Shown here piece by piece: positions 36,948 through 46,649 of a DNA stretch of 64,000 nt. Position numbers and translations under genes: made by a program. The notes beneath the pieces are model-generated. The model saw only the letters and a program-made list of their open reading frames with translations. It searched no databases and was not told the DNA's origin. How positions within the stretch are numbered: position 1 is the first letter of the stretch; each line of letters opens with the position of its first letter. The stretch is from Schmidtea polychroa. Its lineage: Eukaryota. The stretch covers positions 90,520,001 to 90,584,000 of the forward strand of contig CM097886.1 of assembly GCA_044892525.1 (NCBI GenBank), read 5' to 3'.

Positions 36948-39308
36948 TCAGTTGGCTTCTCGAGTCAGTGTGAAGATAGTCCCTTCTAAACGTCCTTCCT
37001 TCACATCTTCTGCTTCTTCTTCCTGGTCCATTCTTGATAAAGCATCTGCATTACCATTGTGATCTCCTTTTCTGTAATGGATTTCTATGTCATATGGCTG
37101 TAAAATTAGTGCCCATCTGACTAGTTTTGATGTATCCATTGTGTGTTTTGTCAGCCACTGTAATGGTCTATGATCGGTGTACACTATGATTTTTCGACCC
37201 CATAGATAAATCCTAAACTGGGTTATAGCATATACAATTGCTAAAGCCTCTAGTTCTATCACTGCGTAGTTTCTCTCGTGTGGTTTTAACCATCTGCTAG
37301 CGTATGCAATTGCATACTCATCTCCTAGGTCATCTCTCTGACCTAGCACAGCACCTATGCCCCGAGTGCTGGCATCTGTCATAATCAAAAATTGTCTCTC
37401 AAAGTCTGGAAATCGCAATATAGGTGGCTTGACGAGCTTTTCCTTGAGCATATCAAATGCTTCCTGCTGTTCTGTTCCCCACACAAATTTGAGGTTTTTG
37501 CCTTCTAACTGCGTGAGTGGAAAGGCTATAACCGAGAAGTTTCTAATGAACTTTCTATAGTATCCGACTAGGCCTAAAAACCCTTTGATATGTTTAACGG
37601 TTTTAGGCTCGGGGAAATTCTTTACCTTTTCGACATTAGCCGGATCTGGTTTAACCCCATCTCGAGAGATGATATGACCAACATATACTACTTCTGGTTC
37701 GGCCCATTTACATTTGGTTGGTTTCACTTTCATGTTTGCGTTGATCAACCTCTTGAATACATCTTCTAAATGTTCCAAGTGTTTTTCCAAATTTGGCGAG
37801 AATACTATGACGTCGTCAATGTATACCATCGCGTGATGCACATCCATGAGCATCAAATTCATTGCTCTTTGAAATGTGGCTGGAGCTCCTGTGAGTCCAA
37901 ATGGCATTACGTTATATTCGTAATGACCCATACTCGTAGAAAACGCTGTTATTGGTATAGTCTCATCTTTTAGCTTAATTTGATAAAATCCCTTTTGGGG
38001 GTCCATTACTGAGAAGAACCTAGCGTTTCTCATGCGTCCATAGATATAATCTAACAATGGCAATGGATGGCTACTTTTGCATGTTGCTTCGTTAACCATG
38101 TGATAGTCGTTACATAATCGTACTGATCCATCCTTCTTGGCTACCACTATCATTGGCGATTGATATGGTGATTTACTATGCCTGATTATGCCATGTTTTA
38201 ACATCAATTTCACCTGTTTATCTACTGATTCCTCCAGACTGAATGGGATACGGTATGGTTTCAACTTTATAGTTTTTGTATTGGTGAGAACAATCTCATG
38301 TTCTAACAGGTTTGTTTTTCCCAGATCGTATTCATGTTTCGTGAATACCTGGTCGTATTTCCTTAATAGCATATTTACTTGGATGTTTTCCTTTCTGGTT
38401 AGTACTTTGCTGTTTGCTGTAGGTGCATCGTAGTACTCAATGTCTGGATCCCTTTCTTCTGCCTTTACGGTGAGTATCGACCCTTCTCCCGTGGCTTGTG
38501 GCTCGTTTTGTTTCCAGATTCTGCCCACTCTGGTATCTGGATATAAGTAAAGTGGTTTAATGTCCAGATTGGCTACTCTGATTGGTATTCTGCCATTGAC
38601 TATTAAACCTACGCTATGCGTAACTGGTAAATTGTATTTCTCCGAAAATCTTTCGTCCGGTTCGAATACAACTTCACCTTCCCAATTATTGCTTGTAGTT
38701 ACAAAGCATACCGTTTCTGCTCTGGGTGGTATGATAGTTGTATGATCTATATAAGCTGTATCATCGTTGTAAATTTTTCTCTTTTTACCTCGTGCTCGGA
38801 TTAACAATCCAGATGCACAATCGAATACTACCCCTCGTAGTCTTTTTAGGATGTCCATACCCAATAGTGATTCGGCTGGGAGACTTCTCATCACTATGAT
38901 GTCGTGGTGGAGCTCTTGGTCACATAGCTTAATCTGGCATGATAATGATCCTATTACATTTAATGAGGATCCGTTTGCTCCTGTTAATTTTACCCCTGCC
39001 GGTTTTAGCGACTGCAGTTCATGATGGTTTAACAATTTAGCTTCAATTATGGTACCATCTGCTCCTGAGTCTATCACCGCATTAACTGTATGTCGGTTCA
39101 CTCTTATTTTTATCATTGGCTTTTTATCCAAGTTCACTGGGTTATTGACCATCAAGATAGTATCGTGCGAGATACCGATTGTATTGGCTCTCGTTTGTTC
39201 TGCTTCCAGTAATTCAGGATCACTCAGTTGAGGATTATACTCTTTAAATTTAGCTTTAATTGACTCTAACGCTTCCTTTGGATAGTGCACTTTAGGTAAT
39301 TCTGGCAA
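36948..39308 (-). CDS. pol: Pol: aspartic protease, reverse transcriptase, RNase H
   Basis: VIDSGAD; YQSPMIVV.KKDGSVRLCNDY, MPFGL, YIDDVIVFS; TDASTRGIGAVL, ELEALAIV, YTDHRPL, NADALSR. First ATG at 39152. Confidence 0.97.
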   Translation of the reverse strand: MPELPKVHYPKEALESIKAKFKEYNPQLSDPELLEAEQTRANTIGISHDTILMVNNPVNLDKKPMIKIRVNRHTVNAVIDSGADGTIIEAKLLNHHELQSLKPAGVKLTGANGSSLNVIGSLSCQIKLCDQELHHDIIVMRSLPAESLLGMDILKRLRGVVFDCASGLLIRARGKKRKIYNDDTAYIDHTTIIPPRAETVCFVTTSNNWEGEVVFEPDERFSEKYNLPVTHSVGLIVNGRIPIRVANLDIKPLYLYPDTRVGRIWKQNEPQATGEGSILTVKAEERDPDIEYYDAPTANSKVLTRKENIQVNMLLRKYDQVFTKHEYDLGKTNLLEHEIVLTNTKTIKLKPYRIPFSLEESVDKQVKLMLKHGIIRHSKSPYQSPMIVVAKKDGSVRLCNDYHMVNEATCKSSHPLPLLDYIYGRMRNARFFSVMDPQKGFYQIKLKDETIPITAFSTSMGHYEYNVMPFGLTGAPATFQRAMNLMLMDVHHAMVYIDDVIVFSPNLEKHLEHLEDVFKRLINANMKVKPTKCKWAEPEVVYVGHIISRDGVKPDPANVEKVKNFPEPKTVKHIKGFLGLVGYYRKFIRNFSVIAFPLTQLEGKNLKFVWGTEQQEAFDMLKEKLVKPPILRFPDFERQFLIMTDASTRGIGAVLGQRDDLGDEYAIAYASRWLKPHERNYAVIELEALAIVYAITQFRIYLWGRKIIVYTDHRPLQWLTKHTMDTSKLVRWALILQPYDIEIHYRKGDHNGNADALSRMDQEEEAEDVKEGRLEGTIFTLTREAN

Positions 39309-39351
39309 TGTTGAACATTATTAAAAAAAACAGATTATTAAATATGGTATC

Positions 39352-40835
39352 TTAGCCGATTTTCCATTGGTGTCGTCCTGTTCTGAGTGTTGTTTCCCTT
39401 GCATGTTCCCGCCCCTCGTTTGGTGCGGATGGTAAACTCCTCAAAGTTGGCAATTGTACATATCTTGGACTTCTCTTGAATCTGGGTGACTTTATGTCGA
39501 ATTTTTGGTCGGAACTGTCATATTCTCCTTCTGAGGACTGTTTTCTCACGTAGATTTCCTTTGATTGGTCATATGGAGGGAGATATTCCTTAAATCTCGA
39601 TTTTCTTTGTTGCTGAATCGGTTTTTTGTTGTAGTTCTGTTTTCGTGATTGATTTGATCTTGAAGATGTTTCACGAGAGCCTCCATTACCTCCTCCCTTT
39701 GAATTGTTATCGTCCCGATAACTCGAATACTCCTCCATTTCTGTTCCAATTACTTTATGTTTGACCAAATATTTCTGTCTAATTTCTTTAATTTTTTTTC
39801 TGTGATGTTTGAATAATGCAAACTCTGCACACATAGGACATAATCCTAATAGCAGTTTCCATGACCATCCCCCAATTTTGAATATGCTATATGTTGACAT
39901 CAGTTGTGTAATTATCAGCTTTAAAATTACAAATATTGCGTAGATTCCTGAACATCCGGCGACGAAAATACCAAAATTGGTAAATCGTCCCCATATTTTC
40001 ATCATTACGTTCTTTGCTGCTTCTTTATAGTGTTCCGGTCCAAATAATAGATTGTAATCTGGTCGTATTAAGCTATCATGATAAATTGTTCTTATAATTT
40101 CCGTGATACCTCTGTCTCTGATTTGTGGGAATAGCAATGTCCTTCTTGCTTCCTCGATATCGTCGGGAGTGTAAATCCCTCCTTTTACTAATTCGTCTAA
40201 TGACTTGAATTCCAGATTATCCTTTAATTTAGTTACTTCCAAGGTCTCTACCCGTTGTGTAGATGGTTTTCTTTCCGGCAAAGATATCCACATGTCATTT
40301 ATTTTATATAACGGTGATATTGCCGGGTTGCATATGGCTGGTTGAGGTTTAGCGTTTTCCTCAAGTAACTTTCTGGTTACTGGCATCACAAATCTCAATT
40401 TTCCTTGGTAAGACACTGGCAGTTCTAGAGTGCATTGATTAAATCTGGCTAATTGTACTTCCACTGGTTTACACTCATAGCTATATATAGCTTCTCCCAT
40501 GATTCTGCCAAACATTCCCTCTTCCAATAACATTGGAGTAACCAGCTCTGGGTTAACGATAGATATTGCTAATCTATTTCGGACTATTTCACGATTTAGC
40601 TTGCAATCGTTTGCAGATCATGATATAAATAATCTACTTTATTATTTATATAATTCGTGATTTTGATATCCTTTACATGTAGGACCTTGGAATTTCGAAT
40701 ATATTCTCTTGACAGGAAGATTCCTTTGTATTTCGTCTCGTATACTCTTTTCCCACATTTAGTCTTTTTATCTTTTCGGACAAATCGAATTGCTTCTGTC
40801 TTGTCTTCCGATATCAACACTAGAGGTGTGTTTTG
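39352..40835 (-). CDS. env: env-like chuvirus-type (class III) glycoprotein, N-terminally truncated, one frameshift near 40605
   Basis: TPLVLISED...CGKRVYETKY.GIFL...YINNK.DYLY, then DCKLNREI...GEAIY...C.PVEV......C..ELPV.Y....F..P.TR.L...C...Y.I...W...GIYT..D....R..L.FP, and W..F..FG...AG..GIY....LI.......GWSW.LL; pattern typical of Jingchuvirales-like G proteins. Confidence 0.85.
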
Positions 40836-43785
40836 GAATCGTTTCCTTTTCCCAAAATTTGTTTACGGTCATCCATACCTCCAGGTAATAATCTACCATT
40901 TCGACTATTTGATCGATTTCTCGTTCTATAAGCCTTTTATCATCCCCTACCCGGGCTAGGGCATTTTGAATTAACAATGATAGTGATGTTACCACTTTCC
41001 CTCTTGTTAATCCTTGCTGTACGAAGGCTTCTATGGCATCCTGAATATCTCTAGTTGATACATCTTTGGATACTCTTTCCATTGTCTTCTTGACCTCTTT
41101 CGTTATTTTCTTTACTTCGATCCCCTTGATTTTTGGAATTCTCCATTCGGGCCTGATAATCCCGATCATTTGTTGTATACGTTGCCACAATAACGACCTC
41201 TCTGACGTTGTCTCATCTTCCACCTGGTCGTCCATTTCTTGAGCTATCCCTGTTAATGTTTTTAACTGAATTTTCCGAATCGTTTCCGGATTTAACTGCT
41301 CCTTGGGTGGAGGTTTCATTTGATCCTTTCTAGGACGTCCTCGTCCGTCTTTTTTCACTTTCTCCGGGGGTTTTTCAGCCTCCGGATTTGTTATAGCTTG
41401 TGACGTAGTAGCTTCTACGTTTGTTTCTCCTGGATTTAATCTGACGTACTCTGAGAAGTAATCTTCCTCGTCAATATCCACCATTTGACAGGGATTAATT
41501 TCCTCTAGTCTTATTTCCTCGATCTCTTCCGCAATTTCGTTTGCTATATCTGGCAGTCTCATTAATGACCACTGGGACTCTGGTGGAGTTACTGGGATGA
41601 TCATTACCGTGGTTGTTGCCAGCGGTAGACAACCCACATCCACTAGATATTCATCATCATCCACTTGCCTACCATGGACCATTGTCAGGAATATACCTGT
41701 AGTTTGATCGGTGGCAATCACATCTCTCCTTAATATTTTGACTTTGATATAACAATTATAAATCATTGTTAATTGTTCTTTTCCCATCATTCGCACGTCT
41801 AGATTAATGTTGCCTTGTCTATCAGGCTGACTTCGGATAGCTTTCCCATTTTTCCTCATCAGCGCTTCAATTTGCGTCTGGAATGGGCTTGTTTCCTTTA
41901 CCACTGGTAGTATAAGTGGAATTATTGCTTCCAACAAATCTACTGGTATTCGTAATACTAACATCCAGTCAAGTATTTTCTTTATAGTTTCTCCATCTCG
42001 TGGAGATTTCTGCAATTCCAACCCTAGTCGCTGGGTTAATTGTTGAGTTTCTTCCAATCTCTCTATTTCCATCTGAGTAATCAAGAATACGCTATCTTGA
42101 TCCATTACTGCCACTGGCTTCTGTGCTCTCTTTGCTGTGAGCTTCGTCACTCTACCTGGGAGTATCCCGTTTTGTAGAAGTGTTTGATTTGCTTCTAGTT
42201 TTGTTCCACATAAGTATAAGTCATATCCTTGATGCTTAATACTTGTCAATGTTTCCGTTAATTTATCGGCTCGACTTCTTACATTTATATCGAGATTATA
42301 CTCTTTATCCTGTGGTAGCTTTATATTGAGCTGAGCATCTTGGAGATCCCACTCATGTTCCATGAGTTTTCCTAATTTCCTTAGGATTTTGTACGTGTCA
42401 TTATGATACTTTGGATCATCTTCGACCTGCGATATCAGTTTTACTACTGTATCGATTTCGTGAATTTTAATTTCTGCTTCTCCCAATTTTTCCAATTGTC
42501 TGGCCAGCTTCTGCTGGTACTCATATCTGGAATCCACCAGTTTTAAACATTTTGTTAGGGTATCTGACCCTTCTATTACCTTTGCTTTCCCTGGTAAGGT
42601 TCTATCGAACTCGCTTAGTATGGTGGCCATACTAGGTTCATCATCGGAACTCTCCTCTGATTCCGTTTCCTGAAGGTCCTCTCTAACGGAGTCCTTTTTT
42701 CTGAGAAATTCATCTCTTCCAACTTCTACCATGAAGATGGTGCCTTCTTGGTCGGTCAATCTAGCCAACCTATTCTTTTCCTCCTGGATTTCCATTTCCA
42801 GTTGTTGCAGATAAGTTAACCCTTGATCCTGGTTAACCATAAAAGTCGTCTTAGGCTTGTTCACATTACATCCACTCTGATTCTGAGGACATGACCTCAT
42901 CATATGTCCGAATTTCCCACATCCGTGACATTTTATCTTTCCTGATGAATTTACATCATCTCTTTTAATCGTACTAAAATTATTGCTGTTCTGAGGACTT
43001 CTAGTCTTGTAGACCGCAGCAACATGTCCCTTACGTTTACATTTTTCGCATTGCAAATTCTGTACTCTACAGTTTTCCGCACCGTGGTTATTCCGTCCAC
43101 ATTTGGTACATTGTATACTTTTGCGATTGCCCATAATTTTCCTACTGGTACAATCTTTCGCTATATGCCCTTTTCTATGGCAATTGAAACACTCTACCGG
43201 TGTTCTTTCACTGTTTACTAGGAACATGGTTGACTTTTCCAAGCTGCTTTCAATTACGACAGCTTTCCGTGTTAATTCGTCAAAATCATCACTAGTATAT
43301 AATATTAGGGCGTTCCTCATTGTAGGAGTAAGTCCTGCCCATAACTGATCCTTAACTAACAATTCTGTTGGCTTTGCCCATGTGGTTTTTGGACCAAATG
43401 CTCTTTCGGCAATTAATGATAGCTGGTGTGCAAATTCCTCCACATGTTCATTGGCATTCGGTTTTCGATGGTAAAATTGTTGTCTAAATATTCTTCCCGC
43501 ATCTCCGGGCAATATTCGAGCAGTCATTTGTTCTCTCATTTCGGCCCATGTTTTCGGTGCTTGAGCAACTGGTAATGCCATTATGTCATTATATTTTTCT
43601 CTTGCCAGCCCCTTCAGATATATGGGTAACCTTTGTATCATGATATTATCTGGATAGGCATATGCTTTGGCCATCTGATAATATTCAGACATAAACTCTG
43701 GGAATTCTCCCGGATCACCACTGAATGCCTTTACGGGCAGAGCGGGATATCTGGCAAATGCATTTACATTAGCTTCCTCTGCCAT
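40768..43785 (-). CDS. gag: Gag polyprotein, 1005 aa, with long C-terminal extension
   Basis: FSGDP.EF.EF...Y, capsid-like region, Zn knuckles CFNCHRKGHIAKDC, CTKCGRNNHGAENC, CEKCKRKGHVAAVY (degenerate), CHGCGKFGHMMRSC; later Ubl-like segment and GRGRPRK. Confidence 0.93.
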   Translation of the reverse strand: MAEEANVNAFARYPALPVKAFSGDPGEFPEFMSEYYQMAKAYAYPDNIMIQRLPIYLKGLAREKYNDIMALPVAQAPKTWAEMREQMTARILPGDAGRIFRQQFYHRKPNANEHVEEFAHQLSLIAERAFGPKTTWAKPTELLVKDQLWAGLTPTMRNALILYTSDDFDELTRKAVVIESSLEKSTMFLVNSERTPVECFNCHRKGHIAKDCTSRKIMGNRKSIQCTKCGRNNHGAENCRVQNLQCEKCKRKGHVAAVYKTRSPQNSNNFSTIKRDDVNSSGKIKCHGCGKFGHMMRSCPQNQSGCNVNKPKTTFMVNQDQGLTYLQQLEMEIQEEKNRLARLTDQEGTIFMVEVGRDEFLRKKDSVREDLQETESEESSDDEPSMATILSEFDRTLPGKAKVIEGSDTLTKCLKLVDSRYEYQQKLARQLEKLGEAEIKIHEIDTVVKLISQVEDDPKYHNDTYKILRKLGKLMEHEWDLQDAQLNIKLPQDKEYNLDINVRSRADKLTETLTSIKHQGYDLYLCGTKLEANQTLLQNGILPGRVTKLTAKRAQKPVAVMDQDSVFLITQMEIERLEETQQLTQRLGLELQKSPRDGETIKKILDWMLVLRIPVDLLEAIIPLILPVVKETSPFQTQIEALMRKNGKAIRSQPDRQGNINLDVRMMGKEQLTMIYNCYIKVKILRRDVIATDQTTGIFLTMVHGRQVDDDEYLVDVGCLPLATTTVMIIPVTPPESQWSLMRLPDIANEIAEEIEEIRLEEINPCQMVDIDEEDYFSEYVRLNPGETNVEATTSQAITNPEAEKPPEKVKKDGRGRPRKDQMKPPPKEQLNPETIRKIQLKTLTGIAQEMDDQVEDETTSERSLLWQRIQQMIGIIRPEWRIPKIKGIEVKKITKEVKKTMERVSKDVSTRDIQDAIEAFVQQGLTRGKVVTSLSLLIQNALARVGDDKRLIEREIDQIVEMVDYYLEVWMTVNKFWEKETIPKHTSSVDIGRQDRSNSICPKR

Positions 43786-43863
43786 TTGATTATCCAGTTT
43801 TACTCTGGCTCTAGTTCCTAACGCTATTTTGTTTTATTTCAATTTCTACCCGCTGATAATTTT

Positions 43864-43881
43864 ATCACGTCGGGCTCACCA
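43864..43881 (-). promoter_or_regulatory. Primer-binding site complementary to tRNA-Trp 3' end
   Basis: TGGTGAGCCCGACGTGAT, 3 nt inside the 5' LTR; its complement ATCACGTCGGGCTCACCA matches the animal tRNA-Trp 3' end (ATCACGTCGGGGTCACCA) at 17/18. Confidence 0.9.
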
Positions 43882-43884
43882 AAA

Positions 43885-44963
43885 TGTTAGGTTCGATGGG
43901 TAAGTATTCGAACTAACACAAAAACGTTTAATCGGACTCCAAATAACTTAAAATGCGCGTAGGTAAATAAATAAGAAATATGTTTTAAATATTTATTAGC
44001 AATAAAAAGTTAGTTACATGATAATTAATATAAAACACGCTGCTTTCTAAAAGTACAGAAAACGGTTATTCAAACTGCCCTAAAGAGTATTACTAAGAAT
44101 CAAGGCTGGCCCTAAATGCGCCAACAGCCCGATATAGGTGAACGGAAAAGAGATAGGGAAGTTTACCAAATGTTACGCGATGGAGTCAACCCAGAAATTG
44201 GTTAACCCTTTTTCAAAAAATATTAGCAACGAAACAACACAAAAATACGTGCTGACGTTACTGTTTCCCTTGTTTAAATTTTATTTAATCAAATAGATTT
44301 TTATATAGATATTTTTATTTATAATTATTTAGATAAGAATAATAAATACTAACTAATATAATTTCCTGCTTATTTAAATTTCTCGCGGAAAATAGCTAAA
44401 ACCACAGACTGGTTGTTGAATTAACTTCTAATAATATTCTTCCTTTGATTTAAATATCTCCAAAGAATATTATAATTTTGAATAAAGAATATTCCAAAAT
44501 CAGAATTACAAAAATTAATTTTTCGATCGATTATTATTTAGGATGAAAATTCCGTCTACTGTTAAATTCCTAGTTAGACTGCAAAATAAATGTCAACTGA
44601 CGTGAATTGCTTTCAAATCAAATTGATTTCTTCTTTTCTAATTTTAACTACTGCGGCTATGTTTCTTTCTGGTCTACTTACCTCAAATTCGTCCTTCAGC
44701 TCACATTTTCTACTGGTATTTATACCATTTTATTTATTTAAATCTATTAATAGTAATTATTTAATTACTATTTTTATTATATATTTTTATACAAATACTA
44801 TTTTTATTACAAATCTATTTTTAGTAATTATTTATTACTATTTATATTTTAGTTCCAATTTTAGTAATTTTTTAAATACTATTTATATTATAATTCTAAT
44901 TTTAGTAATTAATTATTATTTAATTTCAAAACCTTTAATTCCGGTTCCTACTGAACCCCAACA
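43885..44963 (-). repeat. 5' LTR (1079 bp)
   Basis: Direct repeat of 30943-32022, adjacent to PBS. Confidence 0.97.
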
Positions 44964-45499
44964 TATTCATAGAATAAGAATAGTAAGAAAAAGGCGATCC
45001 TTCGATCAATCAGAGAGAAAGAAAAAGTAAAATTAAAATAAAAACTGAAAAGTTAAATAAAATAAAGATATCGACCAATTAAAATGATTGAAATTTCAGA
45101 TGAAAAAATAGAAAAATAAATTCGATCTGAAACACACACACTCGATCCTGATTGGTCGAAAGCATGCAGTAACCACTTTACCCACTTGTTGCTTAAAAAT
45201 CTTTACTTATCATTAAACACTTTGGAACATTACGTACCTTCATTACTATTCAGCAAGCATCATTTTTCATTTGAATTCATATGCGACTAAATTATTTCCG
45301 TTATCATTTGGAAGAATTTTTCGACTACACCATCTATCCATTCAGAAACTTTTCTTTAAATTTTGGAAGAACTTCATTAGTACATATTTTCACTCCGGGA
45401 CAATCTGACCATTTTGTTGAAGATACCTAAATAACAATTTATAAAGAAATAAATAAAATTACCTGGTGGAAGATCGCCATGACAAACGGGACGATCTAT

Positions 45500-46411
45500 T
45501 TGAACTCAGAAAAGAAAACGGAAGTAAAAAGAAATTAAAGATGAATTAAAGGAAAAGGAAATAAAAGGAATCAAACAGGAAAATAAAAACCAAGTACTAA
45601 TTAATTAGTACAAAAAGGAAAAGGAATTTTGAAATCGGGGAAAAAGGAAAACAACAATATCCTTATCTCGACAGCCTACCAGTGATAACAGAATTGATGG
45701 TAGAAGGCGGTCAAACAAAAAAGGGAAAAAGGGAAAATAACTTGACAGCTGTCAGAGATAAAAATGGGACAGTCGGGGAAAGCAGGAGATGGAAAATGAA
45801 AAAACACTTGATTATCTAAAGTGCCACAAGAGAAGCGAACTATATAAGGGAAAACTGGTGGACATGAAATTAGAATAAAATTAGAGAGCAAATTTAGAAC
45901 GAAATTTGATACAAAAGTGACGCGAAATTGAGACAATTTGGAAGACGATTTGAGAGACGATTTGAGAGACGATTTGAGAGATAAGATTATTGGAGAAAAT
46001 TAGACAACGTTGGACGAAACGATGTTGGACAAACGATTGTGAAAAATAATTGTAAAGGAAATAATTGTGGAATAAAATTATTGAAGAGTTGAAGAAAAGA
46101 ATTAGTTGAAAAATAAAACAAGAAGAAGTTATTTGATTATTTGAATAAACTTGTGGAGAAGGTCAAAGAAAACAACCAGCTCAAAGTCCCAGTTGATAAA
46201 CCAATCGGTAATTTGTGATCTTTTAATACGGTGTCATACACAAGTGCTATTCCTCACCGAGTGTTGTAATAAGCATTGTATAGTCACCAAGCAGAGTGTT
46301 GAATTTATTGTCAGTGTGAAGTGAAAGTTTATTTGTGATTATCAATAAAGATTTCTGTTGTCAAGTGTTATTTGTGAATCGTATAAAGACACGCTTGGAG
46401 TCAGAGTAACA
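45500..46411 (+). mobile_element. Probable solo LTR, second family
   Basis: TATATAAGGG at ~45840, AATAAA at ~46345, ends GGAGTCAGAGTAACA; similar to 833-1700 (reverse); no PBS after it; left end approximate. Confidence 0.45.
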
Positions 46412-46649
46412 TTTAAAATTATCACCAACTCAATAACCCAACAATTTTTGGGAAAATCAATCTTAACTATATATCGTTAATTTTTATTCATTGGTTTTCA
46501 TGTATCATTCACTTATATTCACATTTTATCACTAATTTCTTTTTGTTTGTAATATCATTAAAATATTTTTAGTCCGAAGTGTTGTTTCTCGGTAGGTGAG
46601 TGTAATGATAATATAAAATGTCTCGGGTAATAGCTTAGGAAACACTTTA

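Larger units (their letters stand above)
30943..44963 (-). mobile_element. Full-length Ty3/Gypsy (Metaviridae) LTR retrotransposon with env-like and accessory ORFs, 14.0 kb
   Basis: Two ~1.08-kb LTRs (TG...CA), 4-bp TSD TATT (30939-30942, 44964-44967), PBS, PPT, PR-RT-RH-IN domain order. Confidence 0.97.

Noticed and set aside
39323-39330. U8 run (U UUU UUA-like) as an env-pol ribosomal frameshift site
   Set aside because: It lies after the env stop, and the pol frame has TAA TAA immediately downstream, so no shift reaches pol in this copy.
32587-43348. Plus-strand ORFs opposite the retrotransposon genes (e.g. 32854-33219, 34717-35070, 35539-35859)
   Set aside because: Antisense shadows of long coding frames, no motifs, mostly non-ATG starts.
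44590-45030. Hydrophobic ORFs MSTDVNCFQ... here and at 31648-31911
   Set aside because: AT-rich LTR sequence, antisense to the element, TTG/ATT-rich composition; one is broken by the LTR indel.
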